Below, piece after piece: positions 1 to 11,182 of a stretch of DNA of 64,000 bases; position 1 is the stretch's first letter; each line of letters begins with the position of its first letter. The translations under genes were made by a program, and so were the position numbers. The notes under the pieces were generated by a model. It saw only the letters and a list, made by a program, of their open reading frames with translations. It searched no databases and had not been told where the DNA came from. The stretch is from Candidatus Latescibacterota bacterium. Lineage in GTDB: Bacteria; Latescibacterota; UBA2968. Location of the stretch: the NCBI GenBank assembly GCA_965204375.1, contig OZ241986.1, positions 3,680,001-3,744,000 on the forward strand, in the 5' to 3' direction.

Positions 1-1722
1 CATCATCTCGAACAGAGACTTTTGCGCGAGGTGCGTTTTGCCCGCGTGCATATCAGCGAGGTGGCAAATACCGATGAGGGACTCGTCCCGCTTGTCAACG
101 AAGTGGGCGTGCGTTTGGGCGTGCGTGCAACGCTAATCGACGGTCAAGGGCGCGTATTAGCCGATTCGGAAACCGACCCATCTGATCTGAGTACTCTGGA
201 AAATCACGCCGATCATCCAGAAATCAGCACAGCACTTCAACAGGGGCGGGGAAGTAGCTTGCGTTATAGCAAGACACAGGATATCGAAATATTATATGTC
301 GCAACTGCAGTACCGGAAATTGGCGATGGAAATTTTGTCCTGCGATTGGCCCTGCCCTTACGCGGCGATATAGGGCATATAGAACAACTGATTGCACCGG
401 CGATATGGATGGCATCGATACTGGGATTATGCCTCGCCTTGTTATTGGCTTATGCCACCTCGCGATATATCTCGCGCCCGATTTTAGATGCCATTTGGTT
501 CGTCAAAAACATTGCTTCGGGAAGATTAAAACACCCCACACTCCGCGTTAGTTCCACACGAGAATTGCGCGAATTGGGCACAGCATTAGACGACATGCGC
601 CAGCAGGTCCAGGCGCAAATTGGGCAAATCACACTTGAAAAATCGCGTTTAGAAGCCGTCTTGCCGAGCATTACAGAAGCAATTCTGGTCACGGACCAGA
701 GTGGTCGTATTTTGATGGGAAATCGAACATTTGAGAAGCTATTTGGTGTATCTGACGCCATTGAAGGGCGCATGCCCATTGAGTTTGTGCGCCATCGGGA
801 TGTGCAAGATGCGATTGAGCAAACCCTATCAACCGGACAAGTGGCGTTTTTAGATCTCACCCGCTCAGATGGTCGAGAACGCCATTTCGATGTGCAGATT
901 GCACCTATTTTGCAAGACGATCATATCGCGGGTTCTGTAACTATATTTTACGACATCACTGAACTGCGCCGACTGGAGCGCATTCGCAAAGATTTTGTCG
1001 CCAATGTGTCCCATGAATTGCGCACCCCGCTTACGACCATTAAGGGATGTGCAGCCACGCTGGCAGACGGTGCCTTAGACAACAAAGAAGCCGCACAGCG
1101 ATTCGTGCAAATGATTAACACCCATGCGGATCGCCTGCACAATCTGATAGAAGATATTCTGGATCTGTCGCGTATAGAATCGGGTGCTCTGCCCCTTGAG
1201 ACCGGCGTATATCCCGTACATGAGATAGTCGATTCCGTCGTTGGACAGATACGTCCACAGGCAAAAGAAAAAACCCTTGCCATCGAGATAGATACAAAAG
1301 AAAATGTACAGGTGCAATGCGATCGCAAGCTCATTGAACAGGCATTGCTCAATCTGCTCGACAACGCGGTAAAATACACGCCCGAAGGGGGTAAAATCTG
1401 GATTCAGACGCGGGATTTCAAGCATGTGGAAAATGTAGATGAAGACCGTCGCAATAGACATGGTGAAAATGCGACGCAGACCCGCAAGCGTCGCATTGCA
1501 CTTGAAGTAAAGGACACGGGTATTGGGGTACCACTTTCAGATATGGACCGCATTTTTGAGCGATTTTATCGAGTCGATAAAGGGCGGTCGCGGGCAATGG
1601 GAGGGACGGGCCTGGGCTTATCAATTGTTCGGCACATCATGGATGCACACGGCGAGCGGGTCTATGTCGAGAGTGAACAGGGCAAGGGATCGACATTTGG
1701 ACTGACATTGCCAGGGGAATAA
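1..1722 (+). CDS. phoR: PhoR-like sensor histidine kinase (HAMP-PAS-HisKA-HATPase), 5'-truncated by the window edge
   Basis: RKDFVANVSHELRTPLT H-box, NLLDNAVKYT N-box, RFYRVDKGRSRAMGGTGLGLSIV G2 box; reading frame is open from base 1. Confidence 0.85.
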   Translation, partial: HHLEQRLLREVRFARVHISEVANTDEGLVPLVNEVGVRLGVRATLIDGQGRVLADSETDPSDLSTLENHADHPEISTALQQGRGSSLRYSKTQDIEILYVATAVPEIGDGNFVLRLALPLRGDIGHIEQLIAPAIWMASILGLCLALLLAYATSRYISRPILDAIWFVKNIASGRLKHPTLRVSSTRELRELGTALDDMRQQVQAQIGQITLEKSRLEAVLPSITEAILVTDQSGRILMGNRTFEKLFGVSDAIEGRMPIEFVRHRDVQDAIEQTLSTGQVAFLDLTRSDGRERHFDVQIAPILQDDHIAGSVTIFYDITELRRLERIRKDFVANVSHELRTPLTTIKGCAATLADGALDNKEAAQRFVQMINTHADRLHNLIEDILDLSRIESGALPLETGVYPVHEIVDSVVGQIRPQAKEKTLAIEIDTKENVQVQCDRKLIEQALLNLLDNAVKYTPEGGKIWIQTRDFKHVENVDEDRRNRHGENATQTRKRRIALEVKDTGIGVPLSDMDRIFERFYRVDKGRSRAMGGTGLGLSIVRHIMDAHGERVYVESEQGKGSTFGLTLPGE

Positions 1723-1724
1723 AA

Positions 1725-1754
1725 AAGGGGTCGCGTTATTTAACGCGACCCCTT
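1725..1754. terminator. Bidirectional intrinsic terminator between phoR and tRNA-Pro
   Basis: AAGGGGTCGCGTTA-TT-TAACGCGACCCCTT perfect inverted repeat between convergent genes. Confidence 0.8.
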
Positions 1755-1762
1755 AAATCTAT

Positions 1763-1839
1763 TGGTCGGGGCGAGAGGATTTGAACCTCCGGCCTCCTGC
1801 TCCCGAAGCAGGCGCTCTACCGGGCTGAGCCACGCCCCG
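1763..1839 (-). tRNA. tRNA-Pro (anticodon CGG)
   Basis: Reverse complement CGGGGCGTGGCTCAGCCCGGTAGAGCGCCTGCTTCGGGAGCAGGAGGCCGGAGGTTCAAATCCTCTCGCCCCGACCA; cloverleaf, T-loop GTTCAAA, CCA end. Confidence 0.97.
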
Positions 1840-1893
1840 TTTGCTATTTGTCTAAAAAAATACCACAATTTCATTCTCAGGCAAGAAAAAGAT

Positions 1894-2238
1894 TCACGCC
1901 GTCTGAAATGCCGCAACAGCCTCATCTACGGAATTGTGCAGATCGAAAATTTTAATCAACTGCGTCTGCACAAAAACACTGATCACATGATCGTGGGCAT
2001 TGGCGAGCTTCAAATCGCCGTTGGCCTTGCGCAAACGCTGCAAAAGCGCGGTCAAAACCCCAAATGCCATGCTGTTTAACCACCGCACCTGCCCCAAATC
2101 CAAAACCACTTTCATCCCATTATTCTCTTCGAGAAATTCAGTTACATAATCGGCCAACGCCGACATCTCGCGGTCTGTCACCTGACCGTCGAGCTTTATA
2201 ATGCGAATATTCCCCTGCATAGTTTCTTCAAAAGCCAT
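1894..2238 (-). CDS. STAS-domain anti-sigma-factor antagonist (RsbV/SpoIIAA-like)
   Basis: VVLDLGQVRWLNSMAFGVL motif with conserved Ser, GDLKLAN; start taken at MAFEE. Confidence 0.88.
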   Translation of the reverse strand: MAFEETMQGNIRIIKLDGQVTDREMSALADYVTEFLEENNGMKVVLDLGQVRWLNSMAFGVLTALLQRLRKANGDLKLANAHDHVISVFVQTQLIKIFDLHNSVDEAVAAFQTA

Positions 2239-2251
2239 CCTGTTTTCCTTC

Positions 2252-5146
2252 CTATTTGTGAACCAAATCTCCCTGCACCTCGAGCGCGGCTGCAAGAGAT
2301 TCCACATGCGCTCTCAAATCTGCTACAAAGCGCTCAGCACCTGACCAATTTTCATCCTTTGCTAACTCTTCAATTCTCGCGGCAACCTCCCTCACATTAT
2401 CCGCGTAAAACAATTCGGCATTCTCTCTCAATTCACGCGCTCCCTGGCGAAGCGTTCCTGTGTCGTCAAGCAGGCTTAACAAATCGCCCCTCGTTTCTAA
2501 AAACATCTCGGATAGCCGCACGAGAAGCGCCTCATCCCCGCCAACATGTTGCAATGATGCCTCCCAATCGAGTGCCTGCTGCCCGGCGGGACCCGTCGCT
2601 TCTATCGCATCGTAAAGGAGGCGAGATCGAAGCGGTTTGGCGACAAATCCATCCATGCCGGCTGCTATGCAAAGCTCGCGGTCGCCCTTCATCACATCGG
2701 CTGTCATCGCAACAATTCGAATATGCCCACCCAATTCCTTTTCGCGCTTGCGAATTTCTTTGGTGGCTTCAAGCCCATCCATTTCGGGCATTTGTACATC
2801 CATCAACACCAGATCAAAGGTATCGTCTTTGTCAAGTGCTTCCAGAGTCTCCACACCATTATTTGCCACAACGACTGTGTGACCGCGCTGGTGCAACATA
2901 TCAATGGCGACGCGCTGGTTGACCAGACCGTCTTCGGCCAATAAAATGCGCAGAGATTTCCGCGCCTTATCGGTTACAATATCGCCCACCCCCAAAGCAT
3001 CTGGCGCAGATTCCTCAAATATACCAGCGATCAAATTAAAAAGATCGGATTGCTTGATGGGTTTGGATAAGTGCCCGGCCAGCATTTCGCTGGTAGAAGC
3101 CATATCCGGACGACCAGCAGAAGTCAACACCACCACGCGCGTGTATTTCAGCGTTGCGTCAGCGGCAATCTGCCTTGCGAGCGCGTAACCGTTCATAACG
3201 GGCATTTCCGCGTCGAGCAGAACCAGTGGATATGGACTACCTGCCTGTTGTGCGCGCAGCAACTCTTCCAATGCAATCTGACCATTCTCAGCCAGAGCGG
3301 GTTTCAAGCCATGGCAGGACAACATCTCTTCAAAAATCACCCGATTGGTATTGTTATCATCAACGACCAATACGGGCATACCGTGCAAAGTATCGGGCAA
3401 AACATCCCGGTACGACACACCGGTGGTCCGACGCGAAAAACTGGCTTCAAAAAAGAAAATACTGCCCTTATCCGGCTCGCTTTTCACATCGAGTTTTCCA
3501 CCCATCAACTCGACCAATTGGGCAGAAATAGTCAAACCAAGCCCCGTGCCACCATACTGCCGCGTCGTTGAACTGTCAGCCTGATCAAACGCGCTGAATA
3601 TCTGTTGTTGTACCTGCACTGGAATACCGATACCTGTATCGCGCACCTCAAATCGCAGTTTTGCGTCCTCCTCGCGCACCTCTACCAGATCAACATCGAT
3701 ATCCACAGTCCCATGATCTGTAAACTTGATGGCATTGCCCACCAGATTGACGACGACTTGTCTCAGGCGAATGGGATCGCCTATCAGGTCGTCGGGAACC
3801 TCTGGCGCAATCCGATAGGTCAACTCAAGCCCCTTTTCACTCGCTCGAACAGCCAGTGTTTGTAACGTATCGCCAAGCGTATCTCTCAGCGCAAACGGAA
3901 TGCTTTCCAATTCGAGCTTGCCTGCCTCCACCTTGGACAGATCGAGAATATCGTTGAGCAATACGAGCAACGTATCCGCCGAATTATAAGCGAGATCGGC
4001 GTATTCTTTTTGCCGCTCAGTCAACTCGGTATTGCCCAGCAATTCGATCATCCCCATAATGCCGTTCATCGGCGTGCGAATCTCGTGGCTCATATTGGCC
4101 AAAAATTGGCTCTTGGCCTGATTTGCTGCTTCGGCTGCTATACGGGCATTTTCAAGTTCTTTGTTCTGCGCTTCGAGGCGCTCGAGGTCGTCTAAACGGG
4201 TAACGCCTATTGAGACCTGTTCTGCAATACTCTCCAAAAACAAAACCTCGGCCTCTGAAAAAGCAGAAACCTCATCACTCATCAAAGCCATTGTACCCCG
4301 CACATGGGGAATATCGAGAATACACCGCACCTCAACCCCATATCTCGCAGCTATGGCCTTGAATCCCACCTGTGACAACCCCCCCATATCTTCTACGAGA
4401 TTCTCGCGATAAATTGTTTTCTGCTGTTGCCACATCCGATATACATTCGGCACCTGGCGCACCATGCAATTGATCTGCCCCGAAGGCATCACCTCGTACG
4501 TTTCAAAAGTACGCGTTTTGGGATCGAGCAAACGATGTACGGCAATGGCGACAACGGATACATCGAGCGCCAGCAACTGTTCTCTACACACGCGAACAAC
4601 CACCTCGAGATGCTCTGGTCGCGTCATCTGTTGCACGGCGTGACTGACCTGTATAAGCGCGTTCTGAAAAGCCACCTGCTCGCCGAGCGCACCTTCTGCC
4701 CGCTTTTGTCGGGTAATATCGGCCAGCGCGCCAATCATGCGAACCGGCACTTCTTCACCCGCATCAAAAAATACTTTGGCTTTGCTGCTGACCCATCTCA
4801 CCTCGTCATTGGCGTGCACAATTCGGTATTCAGTATCATAAGGAGCGCGTCCTTCAAGGGCTTGCCTGACCTCCCTCTGTGCGCGATCGCGATCATCCGG
4901 ATAAACACACGCCAACCACTCGGCCTCAGAGACCATTGTATCTCGTGGGGGAAAACCAAAAAGTTCGAAATACCGGTCTGTACACACGGCACTATCGTTC
5001 TGTATATCCCAATCAAACAGACCAATCCCACCGGCATTGAGCGCGTGCGTTAGACGCTCTTCACTCCGCTGCAATGCGTCTAACGCATCCCGAATCTGTT
5101 GAAAACCACCAGTAGAATCAATCGTATGTGTATCGCGTTTACCCAT
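2252..5146 (-). CDS. Hybrid histidine kinase (PAS-GAF-like-HisKA-HATPase-REC-REC-degenerate Hpt)
   Basis: [23 protein letters not shown], two receiver domains ([18 protein letters not shown]). Confidence 0.93.
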   Translation of the reverse strand: MGKRDTHTIDSTGGFQQIRDALDALQRSEERLTHALNAGGIGLFDWDIQNDSAVCTDRYFELFGFPPRDTMVSEAEWLACVYPDDRDRAQREVRQALEGRAPYDTEYRIVHANDEVRWVSSKAKVFFDAGEEVPVRMIGALADITRQKRAEGALGEQVAFQNALIQVSHAVQQMTRPEHLEVVVRVCREQLLALDVSVVAIAVHRLLDPKTRTFETYEVMPSGQINCMVRQVPNVYRMWQQQKTIYRENLVEDMGGLSQVGFKAIAARYGVEVRCILDIPHVRGTMALMSDEVSAFSEAEVLFLESIAEQVSIGVTRLDDLERLEAQNKELENARIAAEAANQAKSQFLANMSHEIRTPMNGIMGMIELLGNTELTERQKEYADLAYNSADTLLVLLNDILDLSKVEAGKLELESIPFALRDTLGDTLQTLAVRASEKGLELTYRIAPEVPDDLIGDPIRLRQVVVNLVGNAIKFTDHGTVDIDVDLVEVREEDAKLRFEVRDTGIGIPVQVQQQIFSAFDQADSSTTRQYGGTGLGLTISAQLVELMGGKLDVKSEPDKGSIFFFEASFSRRTTGVSYRDVLPDTLHGMPVLVVDDNNTNRVIFEEMLSCHGLKPALAENGQIALEELLRAQQAGSPYPLVLLDAEMPVMNGYALARQIAADATLKYTRVVVLTSAGRPDMASTSEMLAGHLSKPIKQSDLFNLIAGIFEESAPDALGVGDIVTDKARKSLRILLAEDGLVNQRVAIDMLHQRGHTVVVANNGVETLEALDKDDTFDLVLMDVQMPEMDGLEATKEIRKREKELGGHIRIVAMTADVMKGDRELCIAAGMDGFVAKPLRSRLLYDAIEATGPAGQQALDWEASLQHVGGDEALLVRLSEMFLETRGDLLSLLDDTGTLRQGARELRENAELFYADNVREVAARIEELAKDENWSGAERFVADLRAHVESLAAALEVQGDLVHK

Positions 5147-5155
5147 GGTAAAATT

Positions 5156-5395
5156 TTATTCACCCTCTGTTCCCCGGGGCGTTACCTGTTCTACCGGGTC
5201 ACCGCCCGGAATAGATTCAAAGAGAAAATTCATTTCTTTTAAACCGTAAATCACAATGACCAGGGCAATCACAATGGCAATGACAATAAACCCATTCCTC
5301 AAATTATTCCCTTCTTCAAAACGATGAAGAATGCTTTTGAATTTTTGTCTTTCTTCTTGCTCCTTGTGGATACGGTCCAAATCTTTGAGATCCAT
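5156..5395 (-). CDS. Small single-pass membrane protein
   Basis: 79 aa, one hydrophobic segment, AGGAGGAG RBS, directly upstream of the kinase. Confidence 0.6.
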   Translation of the reverse strand: MDLKDLDRIHKEQEERQKFKSILHRFEEGNNLRNGFIVIAIVIALVIVIYGLKEMNFLFESIPGGDPVEQVTPRGTEGE

Positions 5396-5640
5396 AAACT
5401 CCTCCTGATACTATCGGAATAGCGATTGTGGAGAACCATTTGCCATTAAGATTGCAAACACAAAAACAGAAGTCAATCAAAAATCTACTTCTCCCTGGTC
5501 GTCTGCCACCCCACAACCTCAAACAATTGTGGTTGACACAAACCGCCAATCTGTTGTACCTATTATGCGAATGATTTTTTGTGGTTTTCATCTGCGTTTA
5601 TCTGCGTTCATCTGTGGATACATTCCTGGAGTCGGATTCG

Positions 5641-6339
5641 ATGGCCCATCTCCCAACTTCTTGTGATGCGCTCATAATAGACCGCAACCCCATCCATCGC
5701 CATCTGCTCTACGCGCTACTCGAGCAAATGGGCTATCAGATCGCGGCAGTTCCCGAACTGCCCGAGCAAGCCATATCCTATCGGTTCGCGATGATGGACA
5801 TAGATGAGTGTGAAAATATTGAACAACAAATTGCGCGGGCGCAACCGGGCATTCCCATTATTGGTCTCGTATCACACGAAAAACACGATCAACCCTGTCT
5901 CAACGCAGGTGCCACAGCAACGCTAATCCGCCCTATCCGCGCAGACCAGCTCGTTGCCATCCTGCAAAATCTGAATATACAGCCCGAAAACGTCCAAACA
6001 CCTCCTATTGACATTGATCGTATCATGACACGGGTAGGTGGAAGAAGGCAAATTCTAAAAAAAATGGTTGATATCTTCACAGAAGAATTGCCCGACCAGA
6101 TTGCCGCATTGCACCGTGCCATTGACCAACAATCGCCCGAAGACCTGCGCCAGGCAGCCCACGCGCTGAAAGGTTCCGTGGCCAATTTTGACGCCAAAGC
6201 AGCTTATGAAGCAGCTTTCGCACTCGAGCAAATGGGCAAATCGAACGACTTGAACCAGGCCCCCGCAACCTTCCAAACGCTCGAACGCGAATTATCTGCT
6301 GTCCAAAATGCACTCAAAGAGCTCACCTTATCCTTTTGA
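5641..6339 (+). CDS. Receiver-like + Hpt domain protein
   Basis: LRQAAHALKGS Hpt motif; N-terminal degenerate receiver. Confidence 0.85.
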   Translation: MAHLPTSCDALIIDRNPIHRHLLYALLEQMGYQIAAVPELPEQAISYRFAMMDIDECENIEQQIARAQPGIPIIGLVSHEKHDQPCLNAGATATLIRPIRADQLVAILQNLNIQPENVQTPPIDIDRIMTRVGGRRQILKKMVDIFTEELPDQIAALHRAIDQQSPEDLRQAAHALKGSVANFDAKAAYEAAFALEQMGKSNDLNQAPATFQTLERELSAVQNALKELTLSF

Positions 6340-6353
6340 ACCGAGCACCGAAC

Positions 6354-7205
6354 ATGTCCAAAATACTGATTGCTGAAGACGACGGCCCAACCAGAGTGCT
6401 GGTAGAAGCCATACTCGAAGACGCCGGGTACACAATAGAAACGGTTACCGATGGAACAAAAGCTTATGACCGAATCGCCACAACCCCATTCGACTTGCTC
6501 CTTACAGATATATGGATGCCCGGACTCAACGGTTTGGAATTGTTGTCCAAAATCCAGACCCTGCCCTCACCCCCGACAGTTATCGTCATGACCTCCGATG
6601 ACACCTCAGACACCCTCCTCAAAGCAATCCGAGAACAGGCATACCACTATATCCCAAAACCCATAGATCCGCAGGAATTGACACGCCTCGTCCAGGATGG
6701 CCTCAGTGCAAGTCGCCAGGAAACATTTATCGAAGTGACATCGGCAACCCCAAACTGGGTTGAACTCCTGGTGCCCTGCGACCAAAAATCAGCGGGACGG
6801 ATGCGCAATTTCGTGATGCAATTAGAAGCCGGTCTGCCCGAAGACCTCCGCGAGACCATCGCGATGTCATTCTACGAACTCCTCGCCAATGCCATTGAAT
6901 GGGGCGGACAACTCGACCCGAGCAAAAAGGTTCGAATCGCGTTTCTCCGCTTTGAACGCATGCTCATGTTCCGCATCGCAGATCCCGGATCGGGTTTTGA
7001 CATGGATGAACTCGAACATGCGGCCCTCAACAACCCCGACGATCCCATCGCCCACATGAGCGTCAGAGAAAACCGGGGATTGCGCCCGGGTGGGTTTGGC
7101 CTGCTAATGGTCAAAACCAGCGCAGACGAATTGATCTACAACGAAGCGCGCAACGAAGTGGCCTTTGTCAAATACCTCGCCCCCCCCAAAGACACCAACA
7201 GGTAA
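6354..7205 (+). CDS. Response regulator with RsbW-like (HATPase_c_2) output domain
   Basis: REC (ILIAEDD, LLLTDIWMP); ELLANAIEWG, IADPGSGFD, GGFGLLMV. Confidence 0.88.
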   Translation: MSKILIAEDDGPTRVLVEAILEDAGYTIETVTDGTKAYDRIATTPFDLLLTDIWMPGLNGLELLSKIQTLPSPPTVIVMTSDDTSDTLLKAIREQAYHYIPKPIDPQELTRLVQDGLSASRQETFIEVTSATPNWVELLVPCDQKSAGRMRNFVMQLEAGLPEDLRETIAMSFYELLANAIEWGGQLDPSKKVRIAFLRFERMLMFRIADPGSGFDMDELEHAALNNPDDPIAHMSVRENRGLRPGGFGLLMVKTSADELIYNEARNEVAFVKYLAPPKDTNR

Positions 7206-7280
7206 CCACAAAAAGCAAAAGGGCTGCACACTCATTGCACAGACCTTTTGTCTTTTGTACTGAAAGAATCCGTCACACAA

Positions 7281-8468
7281 TCATTTCTCTCCCACAACAC
7301 CACAATAATCGACTGCAGCCAACGCGTACACCTGCGCTGCCCGCTCCAACCGATCCACCTCTACCCATTCTACATCCGCGTGTGCCGTCTCATTCGAGGG
7401 ACCGTAATAAAAAGTCGGCACCCTCGTCCCGTGCACGTATAAATTGGCATCTCCCACAATCCGCATCCCCACCAGCTCCGCATCCTGGCCCGTCACCTGT
7501 GTATGCGCCCGGGCCACCGCCTGCACTGCCGCATCGTCGGCACGGGTATCAAAAGGCTCGCGCTCGTGCTCCATCTCGACCCGCAGACTCAACTTCCCGG
7601 CCTCGGCAAAAGGCCGCGCCAGATCTTCCAACTCCGCCAACACCTGTGGCGCAGTGCGCCCCGGCAGCCAGCGCCTGGTCCCGGTCAGAGTACAACACAG
7701 AGGCGTGCGATTAAAATAGTCGCCCCCGGTGACAATACCCAGATCAATTCGCTCTGCCCCGGCAAGAGCGTGTGCTGGCCCAGCATCGAGTTCAAGCTGA
7801 TACTGGTGAATCCGCTCGATAAGCGCGCCCACAAAGCGGATCGGATTCTCTGCAAAAGGCACGTACTGCGTGTGCTTGCCGCCAGCATCCGATTCGAGCG
7901 TGATGGTAAAAACCATCGACCCCATGCTCATCACCCACAGCGCGTCGCGCCCCTCGACAATCAAAATTCGATCTCCGCCAATCCGGCCACTATTGCGATC
8001 GGCAATCAGCGCCCATGGCCCATCCTTTTGCGCCTCGACCTCCTCGTGCCCCACAACCGCCGTCAGCCACAAATCGCCCCGCAACGCCACACCACTTTCC
8101 ATGAGTGCCTTAACCGCGCCCAGAGCCGCAGCCATACCCCCTTTCATATCGGTCGCTCCCCGCCCATACACGCGATTGCCCTCGCGGCGAGCGGGCGGAC
8201 AATCCCCCACGGGAATCGTATCGAGATGCCCATTGAGCATCAGAGAGGGGCCATCCCCCTGCCCTGCTATACGCGCGTAGAGATTATTCCGCCCCGGAGT
8301 AACTTCCCGCACATCCACTTCCAGACCAATCCCGCGCATCATATCGCAATACGCGCGGCAGACTTCGGCTTCATCCATCGTAACGCTGTATATATCGACC
8401 AATTCCAGAGTCCGATCAGCCACCCACTCCCGGTCAATAGCCGCTATAAGTTCTTCTGTATGCATCAC
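7281..8468 (-). CDS. M20 family metallo-hydrolase (ArgE/DapE-like)
   Basis: LNGHLDT, GRGATDMKGG, GHEE, AHADVE motifs. Confidence 0.9.
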   Translation of the reverse strand: MMHTEELIAAIDREWVADRTLELVDIYSVTMDEAEVCRAYCDMMRGIGLEVDVREVTPGRNNLYARIAGQGDGPSLMLNGHLDTIPVGDCPPARREGNRVYGRGATDMKGGMAAALGAVKALMESGVALRGDLWLTAVVGHEEVEAQKDGPWALIADRNSGRIGGDRILIVEGRDALWVMSMGSMVFTITLESDAGGKHTQYVPFAENPIRFVGALIERIHQYQLELDAGPAHALAGAERIDLGIVTGGDYFNRTPLCCTLTGTRRWLPGRTAPQVLAELEDLARPFAEAGKLSLRVEMEHEREPFDTRADDAAVQAVARAHTQVTGQDAELVGMRIVGDANLYVHGTRVPTFYYGPSNETAHADVEWVEVDRLERAAQVYALAAVDYCGVVGEK

Positions 8469-9362
8469 CTAATCATCTCGCCCCGGGAAAGTCAACTCGG
8501 CAACACCCGACTTGTCCAGATCGCCCTTGCCCTTCTCTTTCAAAAGCTCAAACTGGGCTTTTGTCGCCTCTGCCAACGGAAGATTGATACCAGCATCATA
8601 AGCGAGCGAAAGCGCAATCCCCGAATCTTTCGCCGCATGATCGGCGGAAAAATAACACTCGTGATCGCGGATGACCATATCTTCCCCATCGGTCTCCAAC
8701 ACGCGGGAATTTGCCCCCGTCTGTGAAAACACCTCCATGAGCATATTCAAATCCAAGCCGAGCGCGGCACCCAACCCCAGCCCCTCTGCCAGACCAGCGG
8801 TATTGATATTCATAACCATATTGACGAGTGCCTTGACCTGCGCGGCCTGCCCCGCTTCGCCGATATAGATCAAATTCGTACTCATAGACTCGAGAATCGG
8901 ACTCGCCTGGTCAAAAACAGCGCGCTTACCGCCACACATCAAATAGAGCGTCCCCTCACGCGCCTGTGTAATACTACTGGCCATGCACCCCTCCAGACTA
9001 TTTGCACCCGCCTGCTCTGCAAGACCCTCGACATCCACGTGAATCTGTGGCGTAATCGTCGCGCAATTGATAAAAACCTTGCCCTGAGCACCCTGCAGCA
9101 GACTATCGCCAGACTCGGCATAAATAGTCCCCATCGCAGCATCATCTGTCACAACCGTAATGATATAATCTGCAGCAGCCGTCACACCCGCGAGTTCCGT
9201 ATGTGCCTCACAGCCCAACTCGCTGGCAAGATCCGATGCGACCTCTGCGCGAATATCGTACACCGCCTCAACCGAAAACCCCTCGTCATTGAGATGTCGC
9301 GCAATATTCGCGCCCATTCGACCAACGCCAACCACGCCAATTGTGTAATCTGAATTTGCCAT
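8469..9362 (-). CDS. NAD(P)-dependent 3-hydroxyisobutyrate dehydrogenase-family oxidoreductase
   Basis: GVVGVGRMG Rossmann motif; QVKALVN catalytic Lys region. Confidence 0.9.
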   Translation of the reverse strand: MANSDYTIGVVGVGRMGANIARHLNDEGFSVEAVYDIRAEVASDLASELGCEAHTELAGVTAAADYIITVVTDDAAMGTIYAESGDSLLQGAQGKVFINCATITPQIHVDVEGLAEQAGANSLEGCMASSITQAREGTLYLMCGGKRAVFDQASPILESMSTNLIYIGEAGQAAQVKALVNMVMNINTAGLAEGLGLGAALGLDLNMLMEVFSQTGANSRVLETDGEDMVIRDHECYFSADHAAKDSGIALSLAYDAGINLPLAEATKAQFELLKEKGKGDLDKSGVAELTFPGRDD

Positions 9363-9440
9363 ATCTACCTCGATAGTTTAAGGATGAAAAAAATTCTCGT
9401 AATAATGTATTTTTCAAAACGCGGACCTGTCAAGAACTAA

Positions 9441-10406
9441 CTACCTGCGCCCGGCCAAACGCTCGAGAACGAGCACCAGTCCCAGCCCCAAAAGCGCGAG
9501 TCCTATTGCCCCTATCACCTCGTCCGACCAAACCTCGGGCAACGCATTTACCTGAACCAGAGGCACCACCTCGCCGTGCCGATTGACCATCGTCTCCACC
9601 GTCTCTTTCCACGGCCAGATCTTCCTGAGCGACCCCAGCATCAACCCGGTCAACAGCGCAATCGTCAAATCGTGATAATGCCGAAAAAACCAGTTCAAAA
9701 CGCGCGAAAACGCCATCAGCCCAACCACAGCACCCGCACCAAACAGTGCAATGGTAAACAGATCGCGCGTATTGACTGCGTTGAGAAGATACGGATATTG
9801 CCCCAGCAAAACCAGCACAAAGGACCCGGAAATACCGGGCAAAATCATCGCGCAAATCGCAACCAAAGCAGAACAAAAAATATACGGCGGACTATGCGGC
9901 ATTTCGACCGGCACCAGCCCGACCAAAAAATACGCGCATAGCGTTGCCCCAACAGCGCCCAAAAACATTCTCAAATTCCACTTTGGGATACGCCGCCCCA
10001 CCGTAAAAACAGACGCCAGCACCAGACCAAAGAAAAAGGACCACAGAAAAACAGGCTCATTGTCCAGCAAATAAGTAATCGCGCGCGACAGTGAAAAAAT
10101 CGCAACGAGAATCCCCGCGACAAGCGCGCACAAAAAAGGCCATCGCACATAATTGACCAACGCTCTTATACGCAACCCCATCAGAAGCCGCGCAGATCGC
10201 GCATCAAAAGAACGGATCGAAAGAATCAACTCTTCATAAATCCCCGTAATCAGTGCCATAGTGCCCCCCGACACGCCGGGCACAACATCGGCAGCCCCCA
10301 TGCACACACCCCTCAGCGCAATGCCGAAATAGCTTCTCAAAGACCGCTTTGGTCTGTGCGCCATCTCTTCCATTTCCATATACTCTCCCGGTTCATCTAC
10401 GTTCAT
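9441..10406 (-). CDS. DUF368 membrane protein
   Basis: MGAADVVPGVSGGTMALITGIYE and AMILPGISGS signatures. Confidence 0.9.
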   Translation of the reverse strand: MNVDEPGEYMEMEEMAHRPKRSLRSYFGIALRGVCMGAADVVPGVSGGTMALITGIYEELILSIRSFDARSARLLMGLRIRALVNYVRWPFLCALVAGILVAIFSLSRAITYLLDNEPVFLWSFFFGLVLASVFTVGRRIPKWNLRMFLGAVGATLCAYFLVGLVPVEMPHSPPYIFCSALVAICAMILPGISGSFVLVLLGQYPYLLNAVNTRDLFTIALFGAGAVVGLMAFSRVLNWFFRHYHDLTIALLTGLMLGSLRKIWPWKETVETMVNRHGEVVPLVQVNALPEVWSDEVIGAIGLALLGLGLVLVLERLAGRR

Positions 10407-10582
10407 CTGCGTAAAACGCTCAAATTACTCGCGTTTTTTCTGCGGATCACACTTCAAAATATAGAACGAGAATTCACTACACACAACAGTTTGTCCTTGA
10501 CAAGGCAATAATTCCCTTTTTATTGTTCGCGGCGGGATAATGACGGATTCTATTTGCATCGATGTTTTGACAGGAGATTTTT

Positions 10583-11092
10583 ATGTGGCGCACATCTATA
10601 ACACTCGTCTTTTGTGCCTTATTAATTGGTTGTGGCGACGACATCAAATACCAGGCAGAGCTTCGCGGAACCTGGCTGTTGGAGTCTCGCAAACCCGCGC
10701 AGGGTGAAATCATCCAGAGCCCGCAAATCAGCGGCCTCATCGAATGGTTTCCAACCACACCCACCCAGGCCAAGGTACATCTCTCAGTAACGGACGACAG
10801 ACAGAGCATCAGAGTCATCGACCGTTTATACGATCTACAGGGCACGGCATTTACATATCAATCCAAACTCAGAATCGGCTCGGTAGAAACAGATAGCACA
10901 GATGCAGTTTATGACACAACATCCCAAAATGGCACGGGACAAATCTCCTCTGACGATGCGCGCGTCACACTCACCCACGACAACGGAACGAAATTTGAAT
11001 TCATCGGCACACAACTCACCGTAACATATTCAAACGGTGTAGTCGATACGTGGACACTCAACAAAGATCAAAAAGGTGTTTTGGCAAAATAA
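10583..11092 (+). CDS. Putative lipoprotein (lipocalin-like beta fold)
   Basis: Lipobox LLIGC, then LRGTWLLES; upstream TTGACA-N18-TATTGT at 10497-10526. Confidence 0.65.
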   Translation: MWRTSITLVFCALLIGCGDDIKYQAELRGTWLLESRKPAQGEIIQSPQISGLIEWFPTTPTQAKVHLSVTDDRQSIRVIDRLYDLQGTAFTYQSKLRIGSVETDSTDAVYDTTSQNGTGQISSDDARVTLTHDNGTKFEFIGTQLTVTYSNGVVDTWTLNKDQKGVLAK

Positions 11093-11182
11093 AAAATCAT
11101 TCTCAAAACGCGGTTCAGATCACCAGCGCCTCCCCAATCATTCGCGTGCTGGTCGATGAACCATATTCAAAAGGAGTAAAAA

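Noticed and set aside
1762-2079. ORFs starting MVGARGFEP / MVGATGFEP (also 12895-13077)
   Set aside because: Translations of the antisense strand of tRNA sequences.
7503-8726. 407-aa plus-strand ORF (likewise 40820-41989, 47455-48678, 50624-51820, 57601-58641)
   Set aside because: Shadow ORFs opposite well-supported minus-strand genes.
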